Shown: positions 1-13,634, counted from the stretch's first letter. The stretch: DNA of 64,000 nucleotides from Alloascoidea hylecoeti (GCA_001600815.1 BCKZ01000002.1:1558294-1622293); one strand, 5' to 3'. Numbers and translations: made by a program. The notes: a model not told the origin generated them from the letters alone.

Positions 1-2085
1 AATACCTTTTCTTTTACGTAATCCAGCAGTTGCATCAGAATAAGCTAAACCATATGGTGTCCCATTAATTGTACATTTTTTGAACTCCATTATATTCTGT
101 GTTAATGTTCCAGTTTTATCTGAAAAAATATATTCAATTTGTCCTAAATCATCAGAAATATTCCATGTTTTTGGCGTACATGGATAATCTAGATTTTTAT
201 AATACATTAAGACATCAGAATAAATTAACCAGGCTTGAAAAGTTTTAATAATTTCAATCGAAATATAAAGTGATATTGGTACTAACGTTTGATATAAATT
301 GATTCCCACAAAGAAAGCAATTACACCATTTTTAATTGGAGTCCCACCATACGATTTAGAATCAAAATAAATACCAGAAGTATCAGTTCTTGCATAGTAT
401 TTCCCATTTACAATTCCAGATACTAAACATAATATGAATAAGACAAAAAAATTGGTAATAATACTGAAATTTAATTCTCTTGTTATTCGACTTCTTTTTG
501 AAGGAGTTATACCTGAATTTAACATTATTTTTGTTTCTGAACCAGTAAAAAGAACAACTCCAATAACCCATTTTGTATTTCTTAAAGTTGATCCACGTAA
601 TAACAAATTATCAATTCCAATTGGTTCGGCAGAAACCTTCTCAGCATTAATATCGTTAGAATTCAAATTTCCATTAATATTATTAACCCATTTAAGAACA
701 CCTTTAAAAGAGTACAAATCAGGTTTGGCACCTTCACATTCAATCCAAAACTTTAAATATTTAATACCTTGTATATGATTAATTTTTTTTTCAAAACATT
801 TCATTGATTGTCTTGGTTTTAAGTTTGATTCTCCATCTAGATTTTTAGTTTCGGTATAACAAGTACCTTCAGTGTCATTACATGATAATATAAGTAAATC
901 AGCGGGTATCTCATTATTGTTATTAATCAATAATATATCACCAACTTTTATATTTTTCCAATAATCTCTTTTAAACTTTATTTCTGCAGCTGCAGCTGGG
1001 GTTGTGGTAGTTTTCGATTTTGATTTTGATTTTGATCTTTTTAACTGTATTCTATTTACATCATCCATATTATAGTCATCAGGGGGTTGAAATTGATCAT
1101 ATGCATATGCATGTGGTACCATGAGTGTTTGTGATGAATTTAATTCAGAATCTATTCCTTTTAAAGACGTAATTGTATTCATTCTCATTAATTCAATGCC
1201 ATTTTCCTTTTCATTAATAATAGATCCAGGTGCCCTTCTATATTTTGTGCTTTTATTTGGATATGAACTCTTTTTAAATATTGAAGTAGATAGTCTTAGT
1301 AATTTAATCATAAATCTAGTAGTTGCCTTTTTGAACTTTCTCCATAATGAAACTTTATCTTCCTCAACATTTTGATTTAAGATGCCTTGCAATATATACA
1401 CAGAGGTATTATTCACTTCTGTATCACTTATTGTTCTCCTTGAGTCTTCAAGGGCATCTTTGATTCCTGTTATTGCTACAATGACGATTAGAGGAACAGC
1501 TGCTAGTACAGGTCCATCTACACCAAATAAAGCGAAAAACTAAATAATATCATCATATAAGTTTAAGTTAGTAAATGTATATATCATATTAATATCAGAT
1601 TTAAAGCATACCCCAAGAATTATACCAAATAGGAAATAAAGATTTGCAACATTATGAAACTGATAAATGAGATTTTTTGGGATAAATGATAAAGGAGTAT
1701 ATTTTGTAGTTCTTATTTTATTTCTTGGATATTCAACGTGTTTATAATCATTTTTTGGTAGTTCAGAGTTGATATAAATAGAACGATTTTGAGTGTTTAT
1801 GATATCAATAGGTCTTGAGATCCCAGGGAATTGTATATCATATAAGAAATATTGTAACTTCCATTTCCAATCTTTTTCATGAGAGAGAGGTTTCGGCTTA
1901 TTTTCTCTCTCTTGATCATGATTTTTGTTGTTAATTGTATTGATATGTGGCTGAATTAGAGAATCATGAGACCTGGTTCTATCTAGTCGGGAGAAAGTAC
2001 TGGGGCGACTAATTAAAATACTGTTGCTGATGTTTGATATAGATTCGCGATTGACGGGATCATTAGTGGATAGAGAGCTAAGCAT
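1..2085 (-). CDS. DNF1: P4-type ATPase phospholipid flippase, Dnf1/Dnf2 family (3' part runs off the window). Exons 2085-1612 and 1539-<1
   Basis: N-terminal RNKIRTTKYTPLSFIPKNL motif. Intron 1540-1611 (GTATGC...TACTAAC...TTAG) joins in frame to FFALFGVDGPVLAAVPL. Phosphorylation motif IFSDKTGTLTQN at ~95-130. DNF1 vs DNF2 not resolvable. Confidence 0.93.
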
Positions 2086-2692
2086 AATTACTCACACTTT
2101 TGAAGACCAACAAGAAGGGAAACAAAAAGAGAATATCAATATACTTGGAGTTGGGCATGTGCATATATTTATTTGTATCGAAATTATCAGAATAATAATT
2201 AATGCAGGTATACATATTGATGATCCTGATCCCGAAGGCCCAATTATCACTCCTTGATACTCTTTTAAAAAAAGATTTATATGGCTTTGTGGGATAATAA
2301 ACAAAATTTGAAGGGGCTTTATTTATATGCAATTTATTTAGCAACGTTGAATTTTGTAGCAGCACTGCCACAATAGGCATTTTAATTTGCAATTGGGTTG
2401 GGGACCCGGTCCCACCAATACTATTTTTATAGGTACCCTGGTACAGATATTTAAATTAACCAGTATCTAAATTAAGTAAATAAGTTTAACACCAGGCAGG
2501 CTCAGACTGACAATGTAAGTCTATTCTATTATAAACATGTGGGATCAGAAAACAAATGTAACAATAACCTTTATATATAATTATATCAAGCATAGTATCT
2601 ACATAAATAATATGATAGACCTCGATATATTCTAACCAGTCATTCCCACACACCATATAAGCTTAAGTGTTATATCACTATACATCAACTAT

Positions 2693-3616
2693 TTATAGCT
2701 TCTTATCTTCAGGCTTTGCGGCTGATCTTGATGTAATTTCAGATGTGGGGCCTTCTCTGATTTCAACTCCGGATGCATTTGTTTGAGGTGGAGGAGAGAC
2801 TTCAATTTCAACATTATTTGGGGCTGACTCTTCAGGTTCCGTCACAATAGAAGTCCCTTCATTTTCTTCATTTACCTTATCCAATTTAGAAATAGATTCT
2901 TTCATTTCCCCATTTTGAGCACCACAATTAGGACAAATATAAAATATTTTTGAAGGTTGTTTAGATCCTGGGGGCGCTAATCCATTATGATTGTAACATG
3001 AAGTACATATTAAAGCATATCTATTCCTAGGACTTGATTCATCTTCACCAAGAACATATTCCATTATTTTATCATACCATGCAACATTATTTCTGCCACT
3101 AATTTGATCATATTCATTAATTAAATTGAATTTCTGAGCCAAATATTCATCACTAACCTGAGAACTACCTTCAAAAGCATTTGCAATATCTAATGATTCA
3201 TCATCACCATATCTTCTTAATAATGTTTGAGTTGAATAAAAATTCGTCTTTTTCTTTAGTTCTTCGATTTTCTCTTCTTGTTTAAGTCTTAATGAGCCTA
3301 ACCGCTCTTCTGCCCTCTCGATTGATTTTTGATAATAAAACCTTATGATTTGTCTTAGGAGGAAGATTAAAACAGGAGAGCCTAGTATTATTATTGAATC
3401 ATATGGTGTAACATTTCTTAGCCTTTTCCTTAATAACGTCACTAATAAATGTCCAATATATGCAAGCACGGCATATATTGTAAAGATACGTTTCACTCGT
3501 CTTTGTCGAAATTTAGAGACTAAGATGATTTTTTTGTTTTTTGTTATTTTACTAGAGATATTTGATAATACTTCCTCATATGAAGAAGAGGAATTTAGAA
3601 ATCCAAATAATCCCAT
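2693..3616 (-). CDS. LNP1: Lunapark ER junction protein
   Basis: MG start, two TM segments, coiled coil, and zinc finger RYALICTSCYNHNGLAPP...YICPNCG. Confidence 0.93.
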   Translation of the reverse strand: MGLFGFLNSSSSYEEVLSNISSKITKNKKIILVSKFRQRRVKRIFTIYAVLAYIGHLLVTLLRKRLRNVTPYDSIIILGSPVLIFLLRQIIRFYYQKSIERAEERLGSLRLKQEEKIEELKKKTNFYSTQTLLRRYGDDESLDIANAFEGSSQVSDEYLAQKFNLINEYDQISGRNNVAWYDKIMEYVLGEDESSPRNRYALICTSCYNHNGLAPPGSKQPSKIFYICPNCGAQNGEMKESISKLDKVNEENEGTSIVTEPEESAPNNVEIEVSPPPQTNASGVEIREGPTSEITSRSAAKPEDKKL

Positions 3617-4040
3617 TCCGTTGTTTCCTTTATATTTTATTTTATGAAGTAATAAAAAGCGATGAAGTTGAGAAGTAATCGGAAATAAATTCTTAGCTTA
3701 ATCTGAAGTTGTTAGATCCCTTAATTAATTATTTGTTTATCTATTTATTTATCAGATTGTTTACTTCAGTGCTGTCTTTTTTGTCAACAAATTTACATAT
3801 CTAGGGTTAACGTTTGTTGTCTGGATGTTACTGCACTGCTATCTCCGTCTACGAAAACATAATGGATAACAAACAAATATTAATACAATTGCAATAATAA
3901 TAAATTTTATTTAAGGCTTATAATTTATATAGCGAGTCATTACAATTGAGAATTTAAAGAATGGATTGTATATATGAAATGTTTAATGAGCTAATAACTT
4001 AACACGTTTATATCATCTTAGCTTTTTTAATTTTACTGTT

Positions 4041-6128
4041 TTATTTATTATCTTCCTCTTCCAGATAATCTTTAACAAGTGAATCTAATGCTTCTTGATA
4101 TTTTAAATCATCAGCATCTTCTTTAGCTTTGATTTTGTTAATAATGTCATTAAATTTGGCATTAAGTTTTTTATTTTCTTTTTTCTTTTCAGAACTTGTT
4201 CCTTCTTTTGTTTCTTTCATTTCAGCTAGATCAAAATCAATATCTTCAATACTTGGACCATCTGATTTTTCTGATTCACCTGCTATTTTTTCCTTTTCAA
4301 TAATTTCTTCTGCTACTTCATCTAATTTTTTAGCTGGTTTTGAACGACCTGATGCAACTACTTTTGCTCTAAACCAACCAGTTGTAAATAATGGATCCAT
4401 ATCAAAATTTGGGAAAGGATGAGCTTCTGTATTAAATACAACTTTATCAAGTGGGAATAATTCTTTCTCACTATCATCAAATAATAAATATAAATATTTA
4501 AGTGTTTCTGCTAACCAAAAAGATTCCATGTTATCTCTTTGTTTTGGTGGGATTTGTGTTACATCATCTAAACTTGTAAAACCAGCATCACCATCAACTT
4601 TTGTATATTTTAAAAATGATTCAAATATTTCCCAACCCCATTGTCTATATTTTTCATCTTTTGTAATTCTCCATAATATAAATAAACTTTCAACAGTTTC
4701 TGGTCTTTGTAAATTATGTCGATCTAATGGTTTTATAATAAAATCTTTAGCTTCTTGAGGATCACTATTAAATATAACAATTTCTGGTGCTAAACCGGTT
4801 TTTGTTTGCGCGTACATTTCATGACAAGTTTTTGTAAGTTCTTCTGCTAGAGCTAAATCATTATCATGAGCCTTTGACCATGATGATATTTTCCTAGCTT
4901 CAGAGGCTGGGATACCTTCAGTAGCACCAAGTGCGATTTGTCCACCCATAAAGCAAACCAAGTGATCCATCTTTGGTGATAATGTACCATCGATACCATT
5001 GGGCAATTCACCGATATAAGTAAGATGATTAGGATATGATTTTTTAATAAGTCTGTCTTTAATACCACGTAAAGCTTCTTGATACATTTCGCTATATATC
5101 GATTCTTGTTTATTTGTTTGTAAATATTGTTTTAATAAATATTCATAATATGAATCACCTCTTGAACCTAATCTAATCAAATTTCCTTGAAATTTCCCAG
5201 TATCTGGATGGATGAAAATTGGTACAAGACCATCAACAGGATGATTATTATCCATAATAGCAGCAACTTTCTCTGCTTTTTCCCAATATAAGGCTTCACC
5301 AGTAAGTTTAGATAGATATTTAAATTCCAATTGAAGTGTTGAAGCTTCAGCTGTTGAACTTGCACCTCCATCAACATGACTTCTAACACCTTTACCAGTT
5401 TTTAAATTAATACTAGCATAAGGAATACCAGTTTTACTATCAAAAGCGCCCAAAAGACGATTACCCAAATCTGTTGCTTTATCCAAATATAAATCATCTG
5501 TTGAAAGATAAAAAGCTGATAAAAATCCACCAAGCATTCTAATTGTAGTTTCAAACGTATTAACCTCATAATCGAAATCATAAGTTAATTCTTTTTTGAT
5601 CCAATTTTTAGCAGTTGCGATTTCTTCTTTTAAGTCCATAATATGCATTGTGTCTAAAGCATCAACGATTATCCAACCAAGAGGTTTTGGTCCCATATTT
5701 TCACCAGTTTTAGAAAGTGGCTTATATACATCTTTACCCCATGCATACTTTTCATATCCCGCCCAACTGTCAACAAATGCTTTTTTAACTTCACCTTGTC
5801 TTTCTTTCCAGTTAATGGGTGAAGATTTTGAGGAATCAAGACGATCGAATTCACCTAATCTTGGATCTCCTTTGAGACTACTACCAATAAAATATAAAGC
5901 GTAGACAAAAATTACCAATAAACAACCTTTCATAGCCGTTCGACGTTTCCTATAATGACTTGCGCTGTGTAAAAAAGCATTACCAGTTCCACTTCCTTTG
6001 TAAGGTTTATCTTTATATAATGGTAAACCATCCTGTGATTTCTTAGCCTGCCAAAATTCATTTTCTTTTGCTCTTTTAACAATCCCACTACCTAAAGAGG
6101 GGACCCTTTCAGGAAGATTAAAACTCAT
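4041..6128 (-). CDS. MNS1: ER mannosyl-oligosaccharide alpha-1,2-mannosidase (GH47)
   Basis: Type II membrane anchor and GH47 motifs FETTIRMLGG, GDSYYEYLLK, RPETVESLF, ESFWLAETLKY, FNTEAHP. First ATG at 6128. Confidence 0.95.
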   Translation of the reverse strand: MSFNLPERVPSLGSGIVKRAKENEFWQAKKSQDGLPLYKDKPYKGSGTGNAFLHSASHYRKRRTAMKGCLLVIFVYALYFIGSSLKGDPRLGEFDRLDSSKSSPINWKERQGEVKKAFVDSWAGYEKYAWGKDVYKPLSKTGENMGPKPLGWIIVDALDTMHIMDLKEEIATAKNWIKKELTYDFDYEVNTFETTIRMLGGFLSAFYLSTDDLYLDKATDLGNRLLGAFDSKTGIPYASINLKTGKGVRSHVDGGASSTAEASTLQLEFKYLSKLTGEALYWEKAEKVAAIMDNNHPVDGLVPIFIHPDTGKFQGNLIRLGSRGDSYYEYLLKQYLQTNKQESIYSEMYQEALRGIKDRLIKKSYPNHLTYIGELPNGIDGTLSPKMDHLVCFMGGQIALGATEGIPASEARKISSWSKAHDNDLALAEELTKTCHEMYAQTKTGLAPEIVIFNSDPQEAKDFIIKPLDRHNLQRPETVESLFILWRITKDEKYRQWGWEIFESFLKYTKVDGDAGFTSLDDVTQIPPKQRDNMESFWLAETLKYLYLLFDDSEKELFPLDKVVFNTEAHPFPNFDMDPLFTTGWFRAKVVASGRSKPAKKLDEVAEEIIEKEKIAGESEKSDGPSIEDIDFDLAEMKETKEGTSSEKKKENKKLNAKFNDIINKIKAKEDADDLKYQEALDSLVKDYLEEEDNK

Positions 6129-6440
6129 AGTAGCTACAGGAGTCCAACGAAACACTTTGAAAAAGAGTCTTAATTGTTAATTGATGTTGGTGTTGTTTGA
6201 CAAGTGTCCCTGAATGTGAGGTCTACAGTTAAAAATACCTTAATGGATTCATTCAACTACGTCAGGGTAACCTTTTTTCATTTTTAGGCAGTTTAATTTT
6301 AGAAATACGGTCTAAACGGTAAAATAATACCATCTACTATGAATGAATATTACTGGAATACCATTGGAAGAATTTAAATTTTCATTTTATTTTATATTTC
6401 ATGTTTTATACTTTATACTTAACAAAGTTGATCACAATTT

Positions 6441-7082
6441 CTAATGGTCTTCCTTCTTGACACCTTGCTTGAACCTTGGGTGACGAGGGTCATTGATAAA
6501 TTCAGCAGCTATTGAGAAATAAGAATATTAGTATATAAATTTTGAGGATGAGAACTTCAATAGGAATTGAGTAATTATTGAACTTACAATTCATAGAAGC
6601 AGTGGCAGCCTTGGAAATCAAGAAATAAGTAATAGCACCTGTTTAATAATAAGATTAATATCAGCATTCTTTTTTTCTATCATATACTTAAATCCAATTA
6701 TGATCGTATAATGCTTGTTGTTCTTGTTGAGATTTGTAATAAATTAAGGGTTTTTAGTTCACAAATGATTCAACCAGTCAACGTTGACGAAATCAAGAGA
6801 TCGGCTCCATAAAACGCATCACCAAAAAGTTCACCAGCAAGTATGATCATAATTGCAATAAGAGTACTTGTAAAGTTATTGATGATTGAAACTTACCTCC
6901 GACGAAAAATGGCCATAATGGCTTGACTATATTTATATGAGTTAGTACTGACCAATTAGAAGCATCGATTATTGGAGATTTCACATTCTCCGAAATCCCA
7001 TTGAGATCCGGACAAAAGCAACACTGGGAAACTAGTAAAATGACATACGAATAGGGGTGGGATATGATTTGAAACCTAACAT
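6441..7082 (-). CDS. ATP18: Mitochondrial ATP synthase subunit i/j, 60 aa. Exons 7082-7049, 6926-6897, 6638-6588, 6508-6441
   Basis: Not in the ORF track. The spliced product MLGFKSYPTPILKPLWPFFVGGAITYFLISKAATASMNSAEFINDPRHPRFKQGVKKEDH matches the Atp18 pattern (PTPILK.WPFF...EFINDPR.PRF). Three GT-AG introns; exons sum to 183 nt. Confidence 0.93.
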
Positions 7083-7333
7083 TATGTCTTGACCTGAAAG
7101 CTGAAGTTGAAGTGTCAGAAAGAAGGTATGAATGTGGAAAAAAGCGTCGGTTCCGGAAAATACACGCAAATCGAAATTAAAGGGTGTCTGGAGGTTTAAA
7201 CATTAGTCCGGAAGTTACATTTAGTAATATACGGAAAGTCCCCAGTTTCGGGAAAATCCGTGTCCATGCATACACGTATTGAACTATTTAAACGGTCTCA
7301 ATTCCATTCTCTGGTTAATTATAATTGACCAAA

Positions 7334-8436
7334 ATGTCTTCTACTAACCTTCAAATCCTTAACGAATCTGTCTTCGCTTCTAAGATTACAAAATCTTATA
7401 CTGGTATGTGTGGATTAATACATCTCAATTCTAATTCCTACTAATTCATTATGCAGACGTTATCAGTGAAAAAGTTGGTGGAAAAGTCTTATCATTTAGT
7501 GATGAATGGTTTGCAGCTGCCGAAAATCTAATCAAGCCAACTCTACCTATAAGAGATGCTACTAGATTTACACCTGCTGGTGCTTGGTATGATGGTTGGG
7601 AAACAAGAAGGCATAATACTGAAGAAGCAGATTGGGTCATTTTCAAATTCGGTGTTGCAAGTGCAAAATTAATCGCTGCTGAAGTAGATACTGCTTTTTT
7701 CAATGGAAATCATGCTCCAGATATTAGTGTCGAAGCTTGTTTTATTTCTGAAGAATCTGGTGAAAAATTATCTGATGCTAATTGGATCTCAATCATTCCT
7801 AAAACAGAGTGTGGACCAAGCCAACGCCATTTTTTCGTTAGAGATTCCATTACGACACAAGCTTTTACTCATGCTAGACTTAGAATGTACCCAGATGGTG
7901 GAATTGCTCGTTTTAAACTTTATGGAGAAGTTATCCCTGTATTCCCCTCAGATTTAAACACACAACTTGATTTAGCACACGTATGTAACGGTGGAGTAGC
8001 TGTTTCTGTATCTGATCAACATTTCGGTTCTGCTGATAACTTACTGCTACCTGGTCGTGGTAAAGATATGAGTGATGGTTGGGAAACCAAAAGATCTAGA
8101 ACTAAAGGTCATGTAGATTGGGTCATTGTTCGTCTTGGAAGCGCAGGTTATATTGATAAGGTAGTGGTTGACACTGCTCATTACAAGGGAAATTTCCCTC
8201 AATATGTTAGAATTGAGGCAGTCAGTTATGAGGGGCCAAATGAACCTGCTTACAATGATCCATCATGGGAAACAATAGTTACTGATCAAAAGACACAAGC
8301 TCATCGTGAACATTTCTATGGTGATGATCTTATCAAAACACAACAAAATAAAGCTTATACACATGTTAAAATGACTATTATTCCTGATGGAGGTGTTAAG
8401 AGACTTCGTGTTATTGGACGATTGGCACAAAAATAA
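7334..8436 (+). CDS. DAL2: Allantoicase. Exons 7334-7403 and 7457-8436
   Basis: Two allantoicase repeats (SDEWFAAAENL...DGWETRR...PDGGIAR and SDQHFG...DGWETKR...PDGGVKRLR). Intron GTATGT...TACTAAT...CAG is in frame. Confidence 0.95.
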
Positions 8437-9067
8437 AATCAAACTCTTTTGATATTATTAACGTAGATGTAGCTATATATAGTAATATTAACAAAGATTA
8501 AAAAAGATTATATTGTTCAATTCATTAGCACTTTAGATTCCGAGATCAATTACAAGCTTAATTAACTCTGTTGCATGCTTAATAAAGACCATGTTGAAAC
8601 CAATTACGCTAAAATGTCGCGCGACCCCTTGTAGATATCGTGGGGAGCCAAACCCGGGTGAAACTGGAAACATACAAAATTCACGGAATCTACCGTTCAT
8701 ACAGTTTTGATAGGAAGATCTTATTTTTAGCTACTTTGATTAGAGAGTTGAATATATCAAGTTTTGGTCTAGATCTACAGAAGTGAAATCTCTAATCTAT
8801 AACAACTTACCATTACACCTTAGAATTATAAGAGTTGTGATTATTGAGACTCTTAAGAGAGTTCTTCATTTTAGATTAGGTTATTGATTATTGTGTTTTC
8901 GTCCCCTTTGACATTATTGATGGAGTTTGCAATTGTATTTTAATTTTGAGATTGTTAGTTTATTGTTCACAAGTCTTAACACATCGACTTCTAGATCTCA
9001 AGCTAGTCAATATGGGTGGCTTGTTAGTTATCATATATATTCTCTATCTATCCCCATATAATATCAA

Positions 9068-9691
9068 CTATTGAATGTCAACTGTAGACTCTTTTGGTTC
9101 GGCCTTGGGTTTTAAATTTTCTGCCCATCGAGGTTCAATAACAAGACATTCTGCTTCGGCTAAAACAACGTTATCCGGAGAATCTTCTTCATCACTGTAG
9201 TTGTTCAGCAACTCAAATTGGCCCTTTACCCACGCTTTTCTACCTTCAATCTCATCAATCCAAGCTTTTAATACAAAGAAATTATCAGCTTTAGCTGGTG
9301 CTCTATAGTTAACTGTTAATGAAGCCGTAACACCTTGCTGGTGTGGTAGAATAGGAAATGCACAACGACATAGCGATTCATCCAGCAACGTTGCCAAAAT
9401 ACCACCATGAATTATTCCTTTATGCCCACAAAGACCACCCCCAAGATGATAGAACACTCTAATATTACTGAACTTTTCAGTATCTGGAGCTAAATGTGAG
9501 GAACGTTTTATTAATACCAGAGGGTCTTTGGCAACCAAATTTGGACCTAAGAGAACACTGGCTGTAACAGAAGCATGATCATCAGATTGATATAAATGTG
9601 GAGATAATACTTTGTAATCTTTCTCCAGTAGATATTTTCCGTATGGATGATTTAATATTATTTCGTGTTCATCAGATTCAAGGACTGTCAT
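9068..9691 (-). CDS. Hot-dog fold thioesterase (PaaI/THEM4, Fmp10-like)
   Basis: LCGHKGIIHGGILATLLDE...TASLTVNYRAP motif. Confidence 0.88.
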   Translation of the reverse strand: MTVLESDEHEIILNHPYGKYLLEKDYKVLSPHLYQSDDHASVTASVLLGPNLVAKDPLVLIKRSSHLAPDTEKFSNIRVFYHLGGGLCGHKGIIHGGILATLLDESLCRCAFPILPHQQGVTASLTVNYRAPAKADNFFVLKAWIDEIEGRKAWVKGQFELLNNYSDEEDSPDNVVLAEAECLVIEPRWAENLKPKAEPKESTVDIQ

Positions 9692-10351
9692 TTTATAATT
9701 AATGATTAATTTTGATTTAAATAAGGATGATGAAAGTGAAAAGTTATCAATTTATATTTTTCAATTTCTTGATACATGCATAAAGTGTTATCCTAGAACG
9801 GTTTTAACTACTTAAATTTATTAAGCTAACACAATAAAATTTCTTATCGCCAACATTTTTTGTATTAAGATCTCAACAAAACCTGATTATATAAAGATTA
9901 TATGAAGATTAAATGGAAATATTTACAATTATAAGTTGTTTAATTGCAGTTAAATTAAAAAAAGACAATTAAGCGGTAAAAATTACAAGAAGATCCGTCG
10001 GTTAACCTTATGATTGGTGAAAGATTGTATACCAGAAACCACGATCCACGTCGCACCGATATCAGCTACTTGTTTTAATAAAGAGAGCTTAAAAGATATA
10101 TTGATCCTTTTAGAGCAATTATTGATGAATTCGAACAAACTAGCACATGAAAGTACAAAATTAAAGTGTCATATAATTATATATTACAATTCGCAAAATA
10201 GTTTGCTTATAGTTGGCGGAATAAATAGCATCTTGGAACAACCATTAATTCACACCTCCTCACGATATGATTCACTATGTAAAAAGGTAAAAGTACGCAC
10301 GTGCCCACTTTTATTGTTATAAATTATAAGCTTGCAACACATCAGATCTAA

Positions 10352-11107
10352 ATGTCTTTTCAACAAGAACATTATCTTAACAAAGATATAACGAAAATAA
10401 CAAATGTTCAAGCCGCGTTTTTACCGACCCAACAAGACAGAAAGTCTTTGGAAGCCTTTAATCAGCATTTCCCTATAAATATACATGGTCCTAAGACTTT
10501 ACGGTTACAAAAATCAACAATGGTTCAACTTGTTGCTTTATATGATATAACAAATTCAAAACTAGCTCAATATGAAGAATTGGAAATGGCAGTTGAACAT
10601 CCAAATCGTGTTTCTGTAGATCGTTTGAAACGATCAAGAACTGGAGGTAATGGTAATGGTAATAACGAAGCAGATGACTTACAAAATGCAAATTATGTTA
10701 GAAGAGATATTGATCTCAACGAAGATGGTGACCATGGATCAAATGTAATAAACAATATTCATCATAATTTTTCTCCCGCTAATCCAGCAACACCACAATC
10801 ATTATTTGCTTATAGCTCAACTTGTAAATTGGTATTACAAGACCAAGCGGGGGTTCAAGTTTATGCTATAGAAATGTCAAAATTACCTTTTATTACAAAA
10901 AATTTACAGCTGGGATGTAAGATGATTTTATTACCAAATACAAAATCAATACGCGGTGTATTACTATTAAAAAGAGAAAATATACAATTTTTAGGAGGTT
11001 CTATAAAAGAATGGAATATAGCATTAACTGAAAAGATGATGAAATATTTGAAGGAAGAACTACAGAATGAAAAACCAATTCCTAGACAACGAAACAACAA
11101 AAATTGA
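10352..11107 (+). CDS. RMI1: RecQ-mediated genome instability protein 1 (OB fold)
   Basis: KLVLQD..G.QVYAIE...LQLGCKMILL...RGVLLLKRENIQFLGG.I matches the RMI1 N-terminal OB domain. Confidence 0.8.
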   Translation: MSFQQEHYLNKDITKITNVQAAFLPTQQDRKSLEAFNQHFPINIHGPKTLRLQKSTMVQLVALYDITNSKLAQYEELEMAVEHPNRVSVDRLKRSRTGGNGNGNNEADDLQNANYVRRDIDLNEDGDHGSNVINNIHHNFSPANPATPQSLFAYSSTCKLVLQDQAGVQVYAIEMSKLPFITKNLQLGCKMILLPNTKSIRGVLLLKRENIQFLGGSIKEWNIALTEKMMKYLKEELQNEKPIPRQRNNKN

Positions 11108-11198
11108 AATGTGCACATATGAATGTCAAATTACTATCCAATATCTCTATAGATCTAACTTTATTTATACTAAGATTGAAACATAACAATAACATGTA

Positions 11199-13307
11199 TC
11201 ATTTAGATTCAATCAATATATCCCATAACGCACTCTCATTTTTAAAATCATGATGAACAATAGAAACAAGATAATAATTGTTATAAATCTCATTGAGTAA
11301 TTTAAAACTAGGAGTGTTTCTAGCATAAAGTTTAGCCCATTCTAACCAAATAGTAAATGCTTCCTCTTTCCATGCTTTGAAAGATAATTTCTCAACAATT
11401 GTTGTTTGTAGAATTTCTCTATCAGGGAAAACACCCCAAGTAACTGCATTTGAACTCTCACCAGGAAGATTTGAATTAATAATATCACTTCTTGAATCAC
11501 CATAATAATAAGTAATAATCATGTTTTGACTATCAGAGGAATTATCAATTTTGGGTTTTATCTTTTTATCCCAGTCATCTTTCTTTACAAAGAATTCAAC
11601 AAATGCCTTTTGATAGATATAACCTCCTTTAGGACCCCAGCCAAATATTCGATCTGTACTCTTACTACCATCTGTAGCAGGTTGGCTTGCAACTGTCCAA
11701 TATCCTAATTCATTTAATTGAATAAGTTCTTCTTGAATTAACGCTGTTTCTGGATTCAATCCTAAATCACTCCAAGGTAGAGCGTTAATCTTTTGTTGCA
11801 AATAATTAATAAATACTTTATTAATATCGGATAATGTAACAGGATAGCCCCAAAATTTGTATGCTTCTGCATTTGAAATTTTCAAAGATGGACCATAACC
11901 ATCAATTTCACCATAAGCTGGAGATCTAGAATCACCGAATCTACCATTTGGAAAATCATCCCAATTAGCATCTCTTCCTAAATTACCTTCTCCAGAAGAA
12001 ATTGCTAAAGTAACGCTTCGTGTAGTATTTGAGAATCTTCTTCCAACTTCTTCAGAATCAGGTACAAATAATGATTTATTATTTTGAAGATTTTTCTCTG
12101 ATGTTTTATTATTTGGAATTAAAATAACTTTATTTTCATTACTAACACTTGAACCTCTTGGTTTACGTTTGATTCGAAGATGAATATCAGTTGGTAAATC
12201 TTGAGTTTCATCAATTGCTTCTTCATCATCATCTTCAACATTTTTATCAGATTGACGAGCTCTATCTAAAGCTTTCTGTAATATTTTAGACCTTTCAACG
12301 GTTAATGCAATTGATTTCTCTAAATTCAAGGTATAAAAATGGAAACCTTGTGGCTTTTTCAAAGGTAATTTAGATTTATTATTATTAATATCATCAATAA
12401 TATTTGTAATTATTTCAACACCAATATCCTTAATACTATTATCATTTAATAATTGATCATCTGTAAATTTATTTAAAATTGACTTAGGAATTGATGCATT
12501 GCTCAATCTTGAAGCACGAACAAATGATTGATAACTATTAATTGGCATTAATCCAGGAATAACCGGAACATTTTTAAAAATCCCAGAGGAATGATTAGCT
12601 AAAGCCATTTCAAATTGTAAAAACTTTTCAGAATCATAAAACATTTGTGTAATGATAAAATCAGCACCTGCTTCTATTTTCTCAACCAAATATGGGATAT
12701 CTTTTAACATATCTTGATTTGAGTTATCAGCACCGTCAACATGACCTTCAGGATAACCAGCAACACCGATACAAAACCAATCACCATATTTTTCTTTGAT
12801 ATATTTAACTAAATCAACAGCATAAGCGAAATCTGAATCCCAATTATCATTCGAGTATTCTTCACCTCGTGGTGGATCTCCTCTTAATGCTAAGATATTT
12901 CTAATACCAACACTCTTAGCTTTACTTAAAGCTTCATCAATTATGGATTTTTCCATGTTTGTACAAGTCAAATGTAAACATGTTGTTAATTTTAAATCTT
13001 TTTGACAAGTTGTTGCTAATTCCAATGATTTCACACTTGTTGATCCTCCTGCACCCCATGTAACAGTTACAAATAACGGTTCCAAGAATGCCATTCGTTC
13101 AAGTCTTAGTAAGAGATTCTCATAACCCTTTTGGTAATAATAATAAGTTAGACATTAATAATTATTGAAAATAAAAAGGAAAAGGAAAAGGAAAAGATAA
13201 GAATGATTGTAATTACTCACAATTTCAGTTTTAGGAGGAAAGAATTCAAACGAAAAATAAACGTCGTCATCTTTTAAATTTTGGATTCTTTCTACAATTG
13301 TTGCCAT
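11199..13307 (-). CDS. MET12: Methylenetetrahydrofolate reductase, Met12 type. Exons 13307-13221 and 13127-11199
   Basis: FSFEFFPPKT, VTWGAGGS, CLHLTCTN, NILALRGDPP, WDDFPNGRFGDSRSPAYG. Intron GTGAGT...GTCTAAC...AAG. Confidence 0.93.
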
Positions 13308-13634
13308 GGCGCTTGAATTATATTATTTGTTTTCAAAGTGTATAAAAAGATGTAAAATGGGAGGCAAAAATGTGTATAGTTTAAGTCTTCTTTTCAAAGT
13401 TTCTTGTAGTAATACTGTCATTTAGATTTAAAAGTATACTGATTTAAAGAAATGACTAATTTACCCGGACATTGGGAAATTGATAACAATTACAAAACGA
13501 GAAAAGCTAAAAATTTAAAAGTTCATATTAAAAGCCAAAGATTTATAATGTTACTATAGTACAGTATTAATAATATCATCATCAAAATTATTATAATTAA
13601 CAGATTATAATCCCTGTCCCCATCAATTGATAAT

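Noticed and set aside
6639..6896. Intronic snoRNA in the long ATP18 intron 2
   Set aside because: No convincing C/D or H/ACA box pair by eye.
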